DNA of 64,000 bases from an archaeon (GCA_024274875.1 JAJSAH010000009.1:8303-72302), one strand, 5' to 3'; shown: positions 27,560 through 37,258, counted from the first letter of the stretch. Numbers and translations: made by a program. Notes: a model not told the origin generated them from the letters alone.

Positions 27560-28171
27560 ATGGTTCAAAAACGAATGAAAAGGAGAATTAAGCCCAAAAA
27601 GGAAGACATTAAAATAACTAATCTCTTGCTCGCCAGGGGCGTTGGATTGGCGGTTGGAAATGTGCGAAACAATACTGTTGGGCAAAAGTATGAGAGATTG
27701 ATTACGCTTGATTACGGATTGGATAAGAGGCACAATGGAAAAAACTGGATAGGAGGGGCAAATGGCGTATGGAAGCATGAGGAGATAGTGTATGTGCAAG
27801 CTATATACAACACGCTAGTCAACCTTGGATACATTAAGGGGAAAACAATAAAGATTGATGGCGTGTACGGCGCAAAAACCAAAGAAGCAATCAAGAAATT
27901 GCAAAAACTGGCAGGTGCAAAAACAGATGGGTATTTTGGTATAGATACTAGGAATAAGCTGGCTGCATGGGTGACTAGGAATAAGAATTCGTTGCAGAAC
28001 AAATATTCAGAACTATTTAAGAAACCAGCTCGCAATAGATCTGTTCCTATGAGAGCTAGCAAAAAGCGGGCTGCGAAGAAAAAGAAAACAGCCAATCAAA
28101 AATCCAAAAAAGAAGAGAAAAAGAATCGCAAATCCAAAGGAGAAGAAAAAATAAGGGATTTGGAAATATAA
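27560..28171 (+). CDS. Protein with a peptidoglycan-binding (PG_binding_1-like) domain and a Lys-rich C-terminal tail
   Basis: VYVQAIYNTLVNLGYIKGKTIKIDGVYGAKTKEAIKKLQKLAGAKTDGYFGIDTRNKLAAW matches the LGY..IDG.[FY]G..T..A[VI]..[FL]Q...G...DG..G..T...L consensus. The ATG follows GGGGAG. Confidence 0.65.
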   Translation: MVQKRMKRRIKPKKEDIKITNLLLARGVGLAVGNVRNNTVGQKYERLITLDYGLDKRHNGKNWIGGANGVWKHEEIVYVQAIYNTLVNLGYIKGKTIKIDGVYGAKTKEAIKKLQKLAGAKTDGYFGIDTRNKLAAWVTRNKNSLQNKYSELFKKPARNRSVPMRASKKRAAKKKKTANQKSKKEEKKNRKSKGEEKIRDLEI

Positions 28172-28212
28172 GCGATGAGTTTATATGCTTATATTCATTC
28201 TAATTTTACCCT

Positions 28213-31200
28213 ATGAAATCATACAAGCTTCGAAAGTTTATCATCACCATTGCTGCCGTGCAGCTTATGCACTCCGCTCCTGCAAAAAGCAGTGCAGAAA
28301 GTATAAAAAGAATAGGCAATAACATATTAGTGGAGGATATCATGGTTGCGCAGGCAATAAAATCCAAGGAAGAGCGAGAGAGGGAAAAAATCCTAAACAG
28401 AATCGCAACGGTTGCAGTCCGCCTTGACCAATTAGGTTATACTGGACTCAAAAAAGATGAAGATTACATGAAAAGTAGGTATCTTGGCAAAACCAAATAT
28501 AAGTGGCTGTTTAGCAATGAAAAACTTCTGCCGGATAAACTGCGCAATCTGCTAAAAACGTTCGATAAGAATAAGAATTGGCTTGGGCTGAAAATGTTGT
28601 TTTTGTATGCTGCGACAAGAGATATGAGCGCGCAGGAGATAAAAAAATATGCAAATAGCATGCAAAAACATGTAAATGAGGCAGAACAGCGCATAAAACA
28701 AAGAAAAAGGGTAAGAGTAGAAGTGCCAAAAAGAAAAACAACTGATAATGATGCGCTCATAAAAAAACTGCTTGATGAAAGGTTTGCTCCTACTGAGAGA
28801 GAAATAAGTGCGCTGAACAAAGTAAGCGCCGAGGAGATTATGAGCGTTGCAGAGGAGGAGCAGAATATAATGCGCAAGCGCATGATGTTTGCGCTGGCAG
28901 ATTATGTAAAAGATGGAAATAAGCTTGGGGAAGTTAATGCTAAGCTTTTCTACCGTGCGGCAATACTGGTCTATAAAGGTGAAAAATGCTACTTATTTGG
29001 TCTCAATAGTGAGTTTGATGCATTGGATACCTACATAAAAACAAACTACGATAAATTAAGCGAATCTGAAAAAAAGCTGTTTGCGGCATACTTATATTAT
29101 AATGTGCGACATTCGTTGGAGGATTTCCAAAAAATATTTCCAAAAAAGAGCAAAACAAATATTGATTATTTCAGAGGAGTTATGGCAAATTTGAAAGATA
29201 TATACGCGCAGTTCAGCCGCATTTCATACTTAGATGATGAAAAAACCATCGAACAGAGATTGCAGTTCATCGAAAAAAGGATAAGGAAGATGTTTGGGAA
29301 AAATGTTTCTGCAATAACTGTGCTTAAAACAAGAATAGATTTTGAGAGCATGAATAACCTGTTTCCAGATGAAATGAAGGCAGATTACAGCATGAAAAGG
29401 CAATCGTTTGAGGATTTGGTCAGGACTGCTTCAATGGAGATTGGAGAGGAGCAATTGGCGGATTATGAAGCGAGCAAGCTGAAGGGCGTGCAGCCTCCTC
29501 AACTCACAAATGAAGAGCAGGCTCTCCTCAACTCATTCCTGTCCAACGCAACATATATGGATGCATACCTGCTCGGAGATTTCTGGAATAAGTGCGCCTT
29601 TAAAGATCCATACACTGCAAGAACCGTGCTGAGAACATTGCTTGCGATCTACAAAACTGATCCTTATTTAGTGCAACATGCGGCTAAATATGTTCTCCCA
29701 ACATTAAGCAGAGTGAGCAACGATGAATCAGAGTTTGTTAGGTTGCTTGCAGGGTTTGGCGCAGAGTTTTCAAGGAGGGCTTCGCCGTCAAGAGACCTCT
29801 CTTCTCTGTTCCAGCGCAGATATTATATCGAGAAGTTTAGGGAGATTAGTAAAAAACTTCCGAAAGTGTTGGGTTTTGATTATAGGGATCTCTCATTTGA
29901 TTTATGGGAAAGGCCTGGCGGTTATGAGCATCCTGATTACTACAATGTAAAAAAATCTAGGGTTATTCCTGAGGAAAGAAAATCTATTCCTGAGTATACA
30001 AGCATGCGCAGATATAATCTCAGTTTATATCCATACAGAGTTCCGCTGCTTGACCCAGGAAGATTGCATCTTAATCAAGATGTTCTAAGCATGATGCATC
30101 CGGAAGCTAAAGAAGTGTATTCATACGCAAACAATCTGTTCAATCCAGAGATGAGAGCATTTAGAGCAGGCGTTCCAAACCCATATAAAATACGCAGGTA
30201 TAATCCGGATAGAATTTACAAAAAGATGATGAGGATTTTTGCAGATTTTCCGGGCGTTGCATATTCGGGCGAGCTCACATCGGGAAATGCTGTTGGAGGA
30301 GCATATGCAAATGAAGAGTTGTGGGAATTGGGGGCGCGCGGCGCTATAGCAACTACCTCTGGAGGCGCCAGCAGTGAAGTCATCGGGGGCAAAATTTCAG
30401 GGAGGGGAGAGGTTCGAGGACGCGCGGATGCCTCGATGATTCCAATCTCAGGACCTGTGCAAGTCCACAAAGCGTCCATGAAAGGCAATTGGAGAGAGGA
30501 GGAATATGTTGAAGGTGCGCTGCAATCTTTTATACAAGTTGCAAAGGAACAGCGAAAAGATATGTTAGTTTATGTATATGGATATGACAGGCTGCCTGAA
30601 GAAAAAGGAAAGTTTAGAGAAAGGTTGTATTATGTTGATAAGGAGGGCAATTATGTGCAGATTGCAGCAGGGCAGGATGATTACAGCAGGGTTTACAATT
30701 ACGCCTTCGGTGAGGCAGATTATAGCCCTATTCTGCTCAGCGCAAAAGCTCAGCACGATTTGCATGATGAGTATGCATTCAACGGAGGCGCGCTCGGATT
30801 TGATGTGAAGGATTATGTATCTATGTTCGGAATAGCAAATCTTCCAAAAGGCATACCAAAAGAAAAGTATGAAAAAGCTGAATTTGGGGTAGGGGCTGGA
30901 GTAAAGGTTTCGAAAACGCCGGATATAATTGTTGCCAATTTCAGAGGGTTCATCCCTAATGAAGAAAGCCGTGCAAAAGGGATATATGTAGGTGAATTAC
31001 AGTGGCTCAGAATACCTAAAGATGAGCGCGCATACGCGCACATTGCGAGAGCAGTAGGGGGCGTTGGCACAGTAGGGGGGGAGTACAGAGTTGAATGGAC
31101 GGGTGAGAGGAAGTATGGGGTAGGAGCGTCTGGTGGTTTGGAAACAAAAAACATTATCCAAAACTTCCCGCAACTTGATGAAGATGCGAGCGAATACGCA

Positions 31201-32337
31201 AGGAGCGTTAAAGAAATTCTTGTGAATGTTTACCATTGGTCTGAGGATGCGGCTGAAAAGCAGGGATGGTTTATTGCAGGCATGTACATCTACTCCAAAC
31301 TCTATAACCTCGTTGATAACGCAGATGATAAGGAGATTGCGAAGCATTATGCGCAGGCAATATTCATGTACTGGTCTGACAAACACCAGATTTTGGTAGG
31401 CGGTGAAAAAATGCCGCACTGGAACAGCGTGCGCAATGAAATTGATGCAGCTGTCAGGAATGCAGAAATGTACCCTGGCCGTGCGGATGAATATTACCAA
31501 CGCGCGTATGACAACATAAAAAACATTATGGAAAAAGATGACCTGTGGAGGTTCAGCATCGGATGGGGTTGGGACGGCAAAGTATATGTGGCAGGCACAT
31601 TCAAAAGCGATGAGTATGCAAACCTCCGCGGCATAATAGCGATAAATGAAGATATGCTTATAGATATGTATGGGCAGGCATACGTATATTTTGGAGAAAG
31701 ATTCATCGATGCTTTTGGAGGAGTAGTGTGGAGAGATATAGGGGAGATTATAAGTTTGAGAGCAGATCTCGGACCAACCTTTTCAATTGATGGAGATTAT
31801 TCAGGCATGTCTGGCAGAGGGCTAGTGAGGTTTGCAAAGGATAATCTTGCATTGATATTGGGCGGCATGGGCGGATACAAAGACCTTAAGACCGCAAAGC
31901 TTGATCAGTGGCAGATAGTGCTCACAGGAAATGTGAAGAACATCGATGAGGGAAAATTAAGCGAACACACATTCTATGTTGGAGTTAATGTCGCCAATAA
32001 GGAAGCTGTGATTGTTGATGAAAGCGAATGGGAGATGTGGAGAGCAAAGGCCGGGTATGAATGGAGCATGATGGAAATAGATGATTCTGGAATACATATA
32101 TTTGCCGATGCATCTGTTGGGAGGATCAATAACATAAGCGAAGGAAGAAATGATTGGATAGCCACAGGCCAGTTTGGGTTTAGGTTGGAGGATTATTTAA
32201 GCATAGCGATGTTCGGAGGGTTCAATCCACCAGTGGGGATTGGAGATGTGAATATGTGGTGGCCTAATTATGTGGGAAGAATCCCGTTCTCAATGGATAG
32301 CTGGTTTATTGGACTGAAAATAAGCGGAACATTTTAA
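28213..32337 (+). CDS. Giant secreted protein of unknown function (1374 aa)
   Basis: The signal peptide is Sec-like: MKSYKLRKFIITIAAVQLMHSAPA. The N-terminal half is K/E-rich and helical. The C-terminal half is Gly- and aromatic-rich with alternating-polarity segments and ends ...WFIGLKISGTF. No internal TM helix or known catalytic motif was recognised. Confidence 0.7.
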   Translation: MKSYKLRKFIITIAAVQLMHSAPAKSSAESIKRIGNNILVEDIMVAQAIKSKEEREREKILNRIATVAVRLDQLGYTGLKKDEDYMKSRYLGKTKYKWLFSNEKLLPDKLRNLLKTFDKNKNWLGLKMLFLYAATRDMSAQEIKKYANSMQKHVNEAEQRIKQRKRVRVEVPKRKTTDNDALIKKLLDERFAPTEREISALNKVSAEEIMSVAEEEQNIMRKRMMFALADYVKDGNKLGEVNAKLFYRAAILVYKGEKCYLFGLNSEFDALDTYIKTNYDKLSESEKKLFAAYLYYNVRHSLEDFQKIFPKKSKTNIDYFRGVMANLKDIYAQFSRISYLDDEKTIEQRLQFIEKRIRKMFGKNVSAITVLKTRIDFESMNNLFPDEMKADYSMKRQSFEDLVRTASMEIGEEQLADYEASKLKGVQPPQLTNEEQALLNSFLSNATYMDAYLLGDFWNKCAFKDPYTARTVLRTLLAIYKTDPYLVQHAAKYVLPTLSRVSNDESEFVRLLAGFGAEFSRRASPSRDLSSLFQRRYYIEKFREISKKLPKVLGFDYRDLSFDLWERPGGYEHPDYYNVKKSRVIPEERKSIPEYTSMRRYNLSLYPYRVPLLDPGRLHLNQDVLSMMHPEAKEVYSYANNLFNPEMRAFRAGVPNPYKIRRYNPDRIYKKMMRIFADFPGVAYSGELTSGNAVGGAYANEELWELGARGAIATTSGGASSEVIGGKISGRGEVRGRADASMIPISGPVQVHKASMKGNWREEEYVEGALQSFIQVAKEQRKDMLVYVYGYDRLPEEKGKFRERLYYVDKEGNYVQIAAGQDDYSRVYNYAFGEADYSPILLSAKAQHDLHDEYAFNGGALGFDVKDYVSMFGIANLPKGIPKEKYEKAEFGVGAGVKVSKTPDIIVANFRGFIPNEESRAKGIYVGELQWLRIPKDERAYAHIARAVGGVGTVGGEYRVEWTGERKYGVGASGGLETKNIIQNFPQLDEDASEYARSVKEILVNVYHWSEDAAEKQGWFIAGMYIYSKLYNLVDNADDKEIAKHYAQAIFMYWSDKHQILVGGEKMPHWNSVRNEIDAAVRNAEMYPGRADEYYQRAYDNIKNIMEKDDLWRFSIGWGWDGKVYVAGTFKSDEYANLRGIIAINEDMLIDMYGQAYVYFGERFIDAFGGVVWRDIGEIISLRADLGPTFSIDGDYSGMSGRGLVRFAKDNLALILGGMGGYKDLKTAKLDQWQIVLTGNVKNIDEGKLSEHTFYVGVNVANKEAVIVDESEWEMWRAKAGYEWSMMEIDDSGIHIFADASVGRINNISEGRNDWIATGQFGFRLEDYLSIAMFGGFNPPVGIGDVNMWWPNYVGRIPFSMDSWFIGLKISGTF

Positions 32338-32346
32338 ATAAAAAAA

Positions 32347-32766
32347 TTATTCGCTCTTCTCAGCGAATTCATTAAGCTGCGTTTCGAGCTCATCTAATTG
32401 CTTGCTTATGCGCTCTAATGTCCTGCGCATGCTTGTGAGCTCATACGTCAGGTTTTGGAAGTATACCCTATCTGCAAACGGCGATATCATAGCACCCTGC
32501 GCTGCCGGAGGTTCCTGTTTTGCTGATGGTTGCGGCGCCTTGGCAGCGGTTTTCTCGACGACTGCTGATTTTTGCTTGCTCATAGCTCTCATCTCCTTCT
32601 TTACTTCTCTCACCCATTTTCTAAGATTAACATATGGCAGGAATTTGTGCTTCCCTGTTTTCTTCGTTATAATCTCCCTTAATTCTGCCAGTTTAGTGAC
32701 GGTTATGCTCTCGCCCTCCCAATCTTTAAGCTTCTTCATGATTATGCTTTTAACTTTGTCATCCAC
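32347..32766 (-). CDS. Hypothetical protein with a Pro/Ala/Gln linker and a C-terminal coiled coil
   Basis: The ORF has clean boundaries. Its C-terminus reads LTSMRRTLERISKQLDELETQLNEF. I recognise no family. Confidence 0.45.
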   Translation of the reverse strand: MDDKVKSIIMKKLKDWEGESITVTKLAELREIITKKTGKHKFLPYVNLRKWVREVKKEMRAMSKQKSAVVEKTAAKAPQPSAKQEPPAAQGAMISPFADRVYFQNLTYELTSMRRTLERISKQLDELETQLNEFAEKSE

Positions 32767-32819
32767 TTGACCACCTAATAAGTTATTAAGTAAAATAAAT
32801 ATAAATGTAAAAATAGCAG

Positions 32820-33095
32820 TTATTCTCTTCCAAGAACAATCTCTATGGCTGATACTTTGCTTTTGCTTCCGTCCTCGCTTGTCAGCTCTTCAGTCATTAT
32901 CCTAACATCTTTTACTTTAGCATCATTCACAAACCTGTTTCTGACAATCTCTGCAACATCAACTGCCCTGCTTATCACTTTGCCCCTCGCTTTTATAGTG
33001 ACCTCCTTCACGCCGCTGTTAAACTGCGTCACCACTGCCAGCACATAGCTCATTATGTTCTTCTTGCCTACAAACACTACATTCTCATCTGCCAT
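32820..33095 (-). CDS. albA: Alba DNA/RNA-binding protein
   Basis: [50 protein letters not shown] is the canonical Alba sequence. Confidence 0.9.
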   Translation of the reverse strand: MADENVVFVGKKNIMSYVLAVVTQFNSGVKEVTIKARGKVISRAVDVAEIVRNRFVNDAKVKDVRIMTEELTSEDGSKSKVSAIEIVLGRE

Positions 33096-33151
33096 ATTTA
33101 CACCTCTATTGCTTACCTGCGCTTAAAATTAGGTTGTGCAACATTTAAAAA

Positions 33152-34447
33152 TTATTCACGAGCTGAAATCTGGCTGAATTCAAGATTTTGGACCTGCAAC
33201 ACTCGTGTATTAGACGGCACATCTCTGCTAACCACAACTCCAGGACCTATCATCGACTCACTCCCTATTTTTCTGCCAGGCAGTATTATTGAATTAACGC
33301 CAAAATTCACTCGAGACCCTACCACACAACCCATCTTTTTCCTTCCCGTATCGCAAAGCTTTCCATTTATGCGCATTTTCACATTCTTGCGGTCGAAACG
33401 CAAGTTCGCCACCTGTGTTGAAGAACCAAAATTGCAGTTCTCTCCTATAACGCTGTCGCCAATGTATGACAGATGTTTTGCCTTACAACCCTTTAGCAAT
33501 ATGCTGTTCTTTATTATAGTGGAGCCACCTATTTCGCATTCTTCGCCTATGAAAGAATGCGGCAATATCTGAGAGTATGAAGTTATCTTTGCGCCTTTGC
33601 ATATATAGCAAGGCCCATGGATGTATGAATCGCTGACCTCAGCGCCTTCCTCGATAACAACGCCTACGCCTTTTATCACGCAGTTGTCAACTGACCCTCT
33701 TAAATCATTCTTCCCGCGCATTTTCATGTACCGTTCGTTTGCATCAAGAAGGGCCCACGGCGTGCCAATATCATTCCAATAACCCTGCGCAACTACCCCA
33801 TACAACTCTCCCTTGTTGCATAAAGCATAAAGCGCGCTCGTAATCTCATACTCACCTCTTGCGCTCAACTTAACCTTTTCTATTTCATCAAAAAATGTTT
33901 TGCCGCATGCATATACGCTCGTGTTCGCAAGATTGCTCTTGGGATTTTCCGGCTTCTCAATTATATCAGTGATTTTACTATGCTCAAGAACTGCAACACC
34001 AAAACGCCTGGGGTTATCCACTTCCTTCAACAAAACCGAACTGCCTGACTCATTTTGTTCATGAAAATTGCGCAAACGCTCCACATCTTCATAATCAACT
34101 AGTATGTCACCTGCGACCACCATCACCGGCTCATCACCAACAAACTGCTTCGCGGATGCCACTGCGCCTGCAGTCCCCTTCATCTCAACATCTTGAACTG
34201 AATATGAAATGCGAACATTTCCAAATGAATCTCCAAATATGCTCTCAATCATTGACTTGTTTTCTCTGCTTACAACTATGCATACTTCATGTATCCCAAG
34301 CCTGTTCATATGCTCTAAAGAATACTGCATTATGGGCTTTCCACCAACGGGAAGAAGGCATTTTGAGATGTTTTCAGTAACAGGCAGAAGCCTTGTGCCC
34401 CTTCCAGCAACCATTATGATTCCTTTCATCATTACACCTTCAAGCAA
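33152..34447 (-). CDS. Bifunctional sugar-1-phosphate nucleotidylyltransferase / acetyltransferase (archaeal GlmU-like)
   Basis: The N-terminal motif is MVAGRGTRLLPVTENISKCLLPVGGKPI. The C-terminus has hexapeptide left-handed beta-helix repeats (IGENCNFG, VGSRVNFG, and so on). The true start may be the internal ATG at about 34429. Confidence 0.8.
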   Translation of the reverse strand: MLEGVMMKGIIMVAGRGTRLLPVTENISKCLLPVGGKPIMQYSLEHMNRLGIHEVCIVVSRENKSMIESIFGDSFGNVRISYSVQDVEMKGTAGAVASAKQFVGDEPVMVVAGDILVDYEDVERLRNFHEQNESGSSVLLKEVDNPRRFGVAVLEHSKITDIIEKPENPKSNLANTSVYACGKTFFDEIEKVKLSARGEYEITSALYALCNKGELYGVVAQGYWNDIGTPWALLDANERYMKMRGKNDLRGSVDNCVIKGVGVVIEEGAEVSDSYIHGPCYICKGAKITSYSQILPHSFIGEECEIGGSTIIKNSILLKGCKAKHLSYIGDSVIGENCNFGSSTQVANLRFDRKNVKMRINGKLCDTGRKKMGCVVGSRVNFGVNSIILPGRKIGSESMIGPGVVVSRDVPSNTRVLQVQNLEFSQISARE

Positions 34448-35691
34448 GACCGAACCAATTCATTGATTTCAGAGTGAATATTTTTAACTGCATTCTCATC
34501 AGGGTGTTCAGTCGTGATGCGTATTATATCCTGCGTATTGCTTGCGCGCACAAGGACTTTTACGCCTTTATGATTAAATAGGAGGCCGTCCATCGTATTA
34601 ATATCTGTTATGCCAAGCGAATCCACTTTTTTAAGAATGCGTTCCATTACATCTGCTTTGCTGTTTCCTTTAAGCATTACGGCGTCACGAATTGTGTGGT
34701 AGGGTTTGTAGCTCTTAAACCCGCGTTTGCAGTGCATCTCAGCAAACTTAAGCGCTGCATACACTCCGTCCGCTGAAAAGAGCCAATCAGGAAATATGTA
34801 TTCGCCGCACGGCTCGCCGCCGAATGATGCGCCTGCTGATTTCACTTTCTCGCCAACATAATTGCTGCCCACAGGAGTTATGAGCACGCTCACGCCTTTC
34901 TTGCGCAACTCATCCGCAACTAATTGCGATGCTTCAACAGTGGTTACGAAAACATCGCCCTTGCTGCACATGTAGTCTGCCATGTTAAGCAATTGGACAT
35001 CTTGGTTCATGATGCCTTCGCGCGTGACAATCCTGCACCTGTCTGAATCTGCATCATGTGCAACTGCGAAATCTGCAGAAACGCGCTCAACAAACTCGGC
35101 GAGGTAAGGAATATTCTTGTCGGGTTCGGATGGCCTGGAGAATGGCACTGAATGATCTGCATTTATAGTGATTGCTTTCGCGCCGAGCATGCGAAGCGCG
35201 TGCGCAGTGAAAGCAGATGATGAGGCATTTCCAAAATCTACAACTATCTTGGGAGATCTGCGCTTCACTGCTTCCGAGTCCAGCCCGCGCACAGCATCTT
35301 TAATGTATACATACCTGAAATCCCTGCAGTCATACTCATTCTGAGATGGCATGCGAGATTTTATTGGACGATCAGGAATGCTTGCCTCCAAACCGGAATG
35401 AAAAAGCTTTATGCCGTTGTCTTCCTCAGGATTGTGCGATGCAGTAATCATTATGCCTAAGCATGAATTAATCTTTGTGTAGCGGGAAAGATACGGGGTG
35501 GGACCTACTCCGAGATTGCGCACTTCGTTGCCGTTCTTTAAAAGCATGGAGGATATGTGATGGTGAAGGCATGCGCTGGACGGTCGAGTGTCCCTGCACA
35601 CCGCAACAACTCCAACGCAACCCATTTTCTCAATAACGCTGGAGATCTTAACGACAAGCTCATGCGAGAACCTGCCTCTTAAATGATACAT
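34432..35691 (-). CDS. Phosphohexomutase (PGM/PMM/GlmM family), paralog 1
   Basis: The active-site serine loop is TASHNPEEDNGIK, the metal loop is HDADSDRC and the sugar loop is GGEPCGEYIF. Confidence 0.85.
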   Translation of the reverse strand: MYHLRGRFSHELVVKISSVIEKMGCVGVVAVCRDTRPSSACLHHHISSMLLKNGNEVRNLGVGPTPYLSRYTKINSCLGIMITASHNPEEDNGIKLFHSGLEASIPDRPIKSRMPSQNEYDCRDFRYVYIKDAVRGLDSEAVKRRSPKIVVDFGNASSSAFTAHALRMLGAKAITINADHSVPFSRPSEPDKNIPYLAEFVERVSADFAVAHDADSDRCRIVTREGIMNQDVQLLNMADYMCSKGDVFVTTVEASQLVADELRKKGVSVLITPVGSNYVGEKVKSAGASFGGEPCGEYIFPDWLFSADGVYAALKFAEMHCKRGFKSYKPYHTIRDAVMLKGNSKADVMERILKKVDSLGITDINTMDGLLFNHKGVKVLVRASNTQDIIRITTEHPDENAVKNIHSEINELVRSCLKV

Positions 35692-35744
35692 CGATTTGTT
35701 TAAAATAAGTAGGTTTTTAAGATTATCTTATTATAAAAAACACT

Positions 35745-35897
35745 ATGATACATACGTGCGATTCATGCGGAAAGCGGACTACAGAATTTACCAATATCAA
35801 ATGCCCTAAGTGCGGTACTGCATTCATAAGGTGTTTTGAATGCAAAAGCAATATCGTTAAGTACAACTGTGGAAAGTGCGGGTTTGAAGGACCATGA
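35745..35897 (+). CDS. Small zinc-finger protein with four CxxC knuckles (50 aa), not in the ORF track
   Basis: My translation is MIHTCDSCGKRTTEFTNIKCPKCGTAFIRCFECKSNIVKYNCGKCGFEGP. Its stop overlaps the downstream ATG (ATGA at 35894-35897). Confidence 0.65.
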   Translation: MIHTCDSCGKRTTEFTNIKCPKCGTAFIRCFECKSNIVKYNCGKCGFEGP

Positions 35898-37243
35898 GCG
35901 CGCCGGGTTATCCTGCTTTTGGAACTAATGGAATAAGGTCTACGCTGGATGGAATTACTCCTGATTTTATAGTTAAAATATGCGCGTCATTCGCTACATG
36001 GAGCAGTGCGAAACAGGTTCTTGTTGCGCGCGATACGAGAACAACCGGGGAACTTGTTGAGGGTGCGGTGGCAAGCGGGCTGTTATGGGGCGGAGCGCAG
36101 CCCGTGTTGCTCGGAGTGCTGCCTACACCGGCTGTGGAGTATCTAAGCAAAAAGAGAGGCGTGCCATCCATAATTATAACTTCCTCCCATAACCCGCCTG
36201 AATGGGTTGCGCTGAAATTCAATGATGAGAAAGGAGTTGCACTAACTAAAGAGAGGGGAAGAGAAATTGAAAATATTTACGAGAGCAGGGCTTGGAAAAC
36301 TTCAACTTGGGATAGAATACCTAAAATAATCAGAGATGAACTTGCAATAAATGAGTATAAGCAGGTCTTAAAAAAAGAATGCAAAAATGCGCTTAAAGAA
36401 ATAAAAGTAATCATTGATTGCGGGAATGGCACTGCTGGAAAAATTGCGCCGTATGTGTTTAAGGAACTTGGAGCAAAAGTCATCACATTGAACGCGCAGG
36501 AGGATGGGTTTTTCCCAGGCAGGAATTCGGAGCCCACTGAACAGAATGTGGGCGATTTGATAGGCGCAGTTAAGACGATGAAAGCTGATTTGGGCATTGC
36601 GTATGATGGCGATGGTGACAGGCTCGCGCTTGTTGATGACAAGGGCAATTATGTGCTTGGCGACAAGGTGTTTGCCATTGCAGTCGATATAATACTCAAT
36701 GAAATGGAAGGGGATGTGGTGACAACTGTTGCTACGAGCAACATCATTAGGGATATCGCGGCAAAGCATGGGAGGAAGGTTAAATATGTGAAAGTGGGTG
36801 CGCCGTACATCGCTGAAGAGATGGAAAAAGGAGGGTATGCAACGGGCGGCGAGGAAGTAGGAGGCATAATATGGCCTAATGCGCACCCTGGCAAAGATGG
36901 AATACTGAGCAGCATAAAAATAACAGAATATCTTGCCTCAACAGGCAAGAAATTGAGTGAAATTGTGGATGCGCTACCAAAGTATGAGAATGTGAAAATC
37001 AAGATTCCGTTCGGGAATGAGAGGTTCGGGCTTATTCGCAGGATGCAGGAAGAGTTTAAAGAGCGGGAGGATGCAATAACTATAGATGGAGTTAGAATTG
37101 ATTTTGAGGATGGATGGTGCATCGCAAGGGCCAGCGGAACTGAGAATTATGTGCGAGTTTTCGGAGAAGCAAAAACAAAAGAGAGGGCTGAACAGCTCGT
37201 CAATTTTATGAAAGATGAAATCGAAAAGTATAAATTAGGATGA
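35894..37243 (+). CDS. Phosphohexomutase (PGM/PMM/GlmM family), paralog 2
   Basis: The three loops are TSSHNPPEWVALK, YDGDGDRL and GGEEVGGIIW. Confidence 0.85.
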   Translation: MSAPGYPAFGTNGIRSTLDGITPDFIVKICASFATWSSAKQVLVARDTRTTGELVEGAVASGLLWGGAQPVLLGVLPTPAVEYLSKKRGVPSIIITSSHNPPEWVALKFNDEKGVALTKERGREIENIYESRAWKTSTWDRIPKIIRDELAINEYKQVLKKECKNALKEIKVIIDCGNGTAGKIAPYVFKELGAKVITLNAQEDGFFPGRNSEPTEQNVGDLIGAVKTMKADLGIAYDGDGDRLALVDDKGNYVLGDKVFAIAVDIILNEMEGDVVTTVATSNIIRDIAAKHGRKVKYVKVGAPYIAEEMEKGGYATGGEEVGGIIWPNAHPGKDGILSSIKITEYLASTGKKLSEIVDALPKYENVKIKIPFGNERFGLIRRMQEEFKEREDAITIDGVRIDFEDGWCIARASGTENYVRVFGEAKTKERAEQLVNFMKDEIEKYKLG

Positions 37244-37258
37244 GCTGCGAAGTAATGT

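Noticed and set aside
27560-32337. Bacterial contamination or a chimeric contig as the explanation for bacterial-looking features (PG-binding domain, OMP-like C-terminus, RSH-like gene)
   Set aside because: I did not accept this as the primary explanation. These genes are flanked on both sides by archaeal markers, within tens of nucleotides. They share the same AT-rich style, TATA-like upstream elements and GGGGAG/GGTGA-type ribosome-binding sites. An assembly chimera still needs to be excluded by read mapping.
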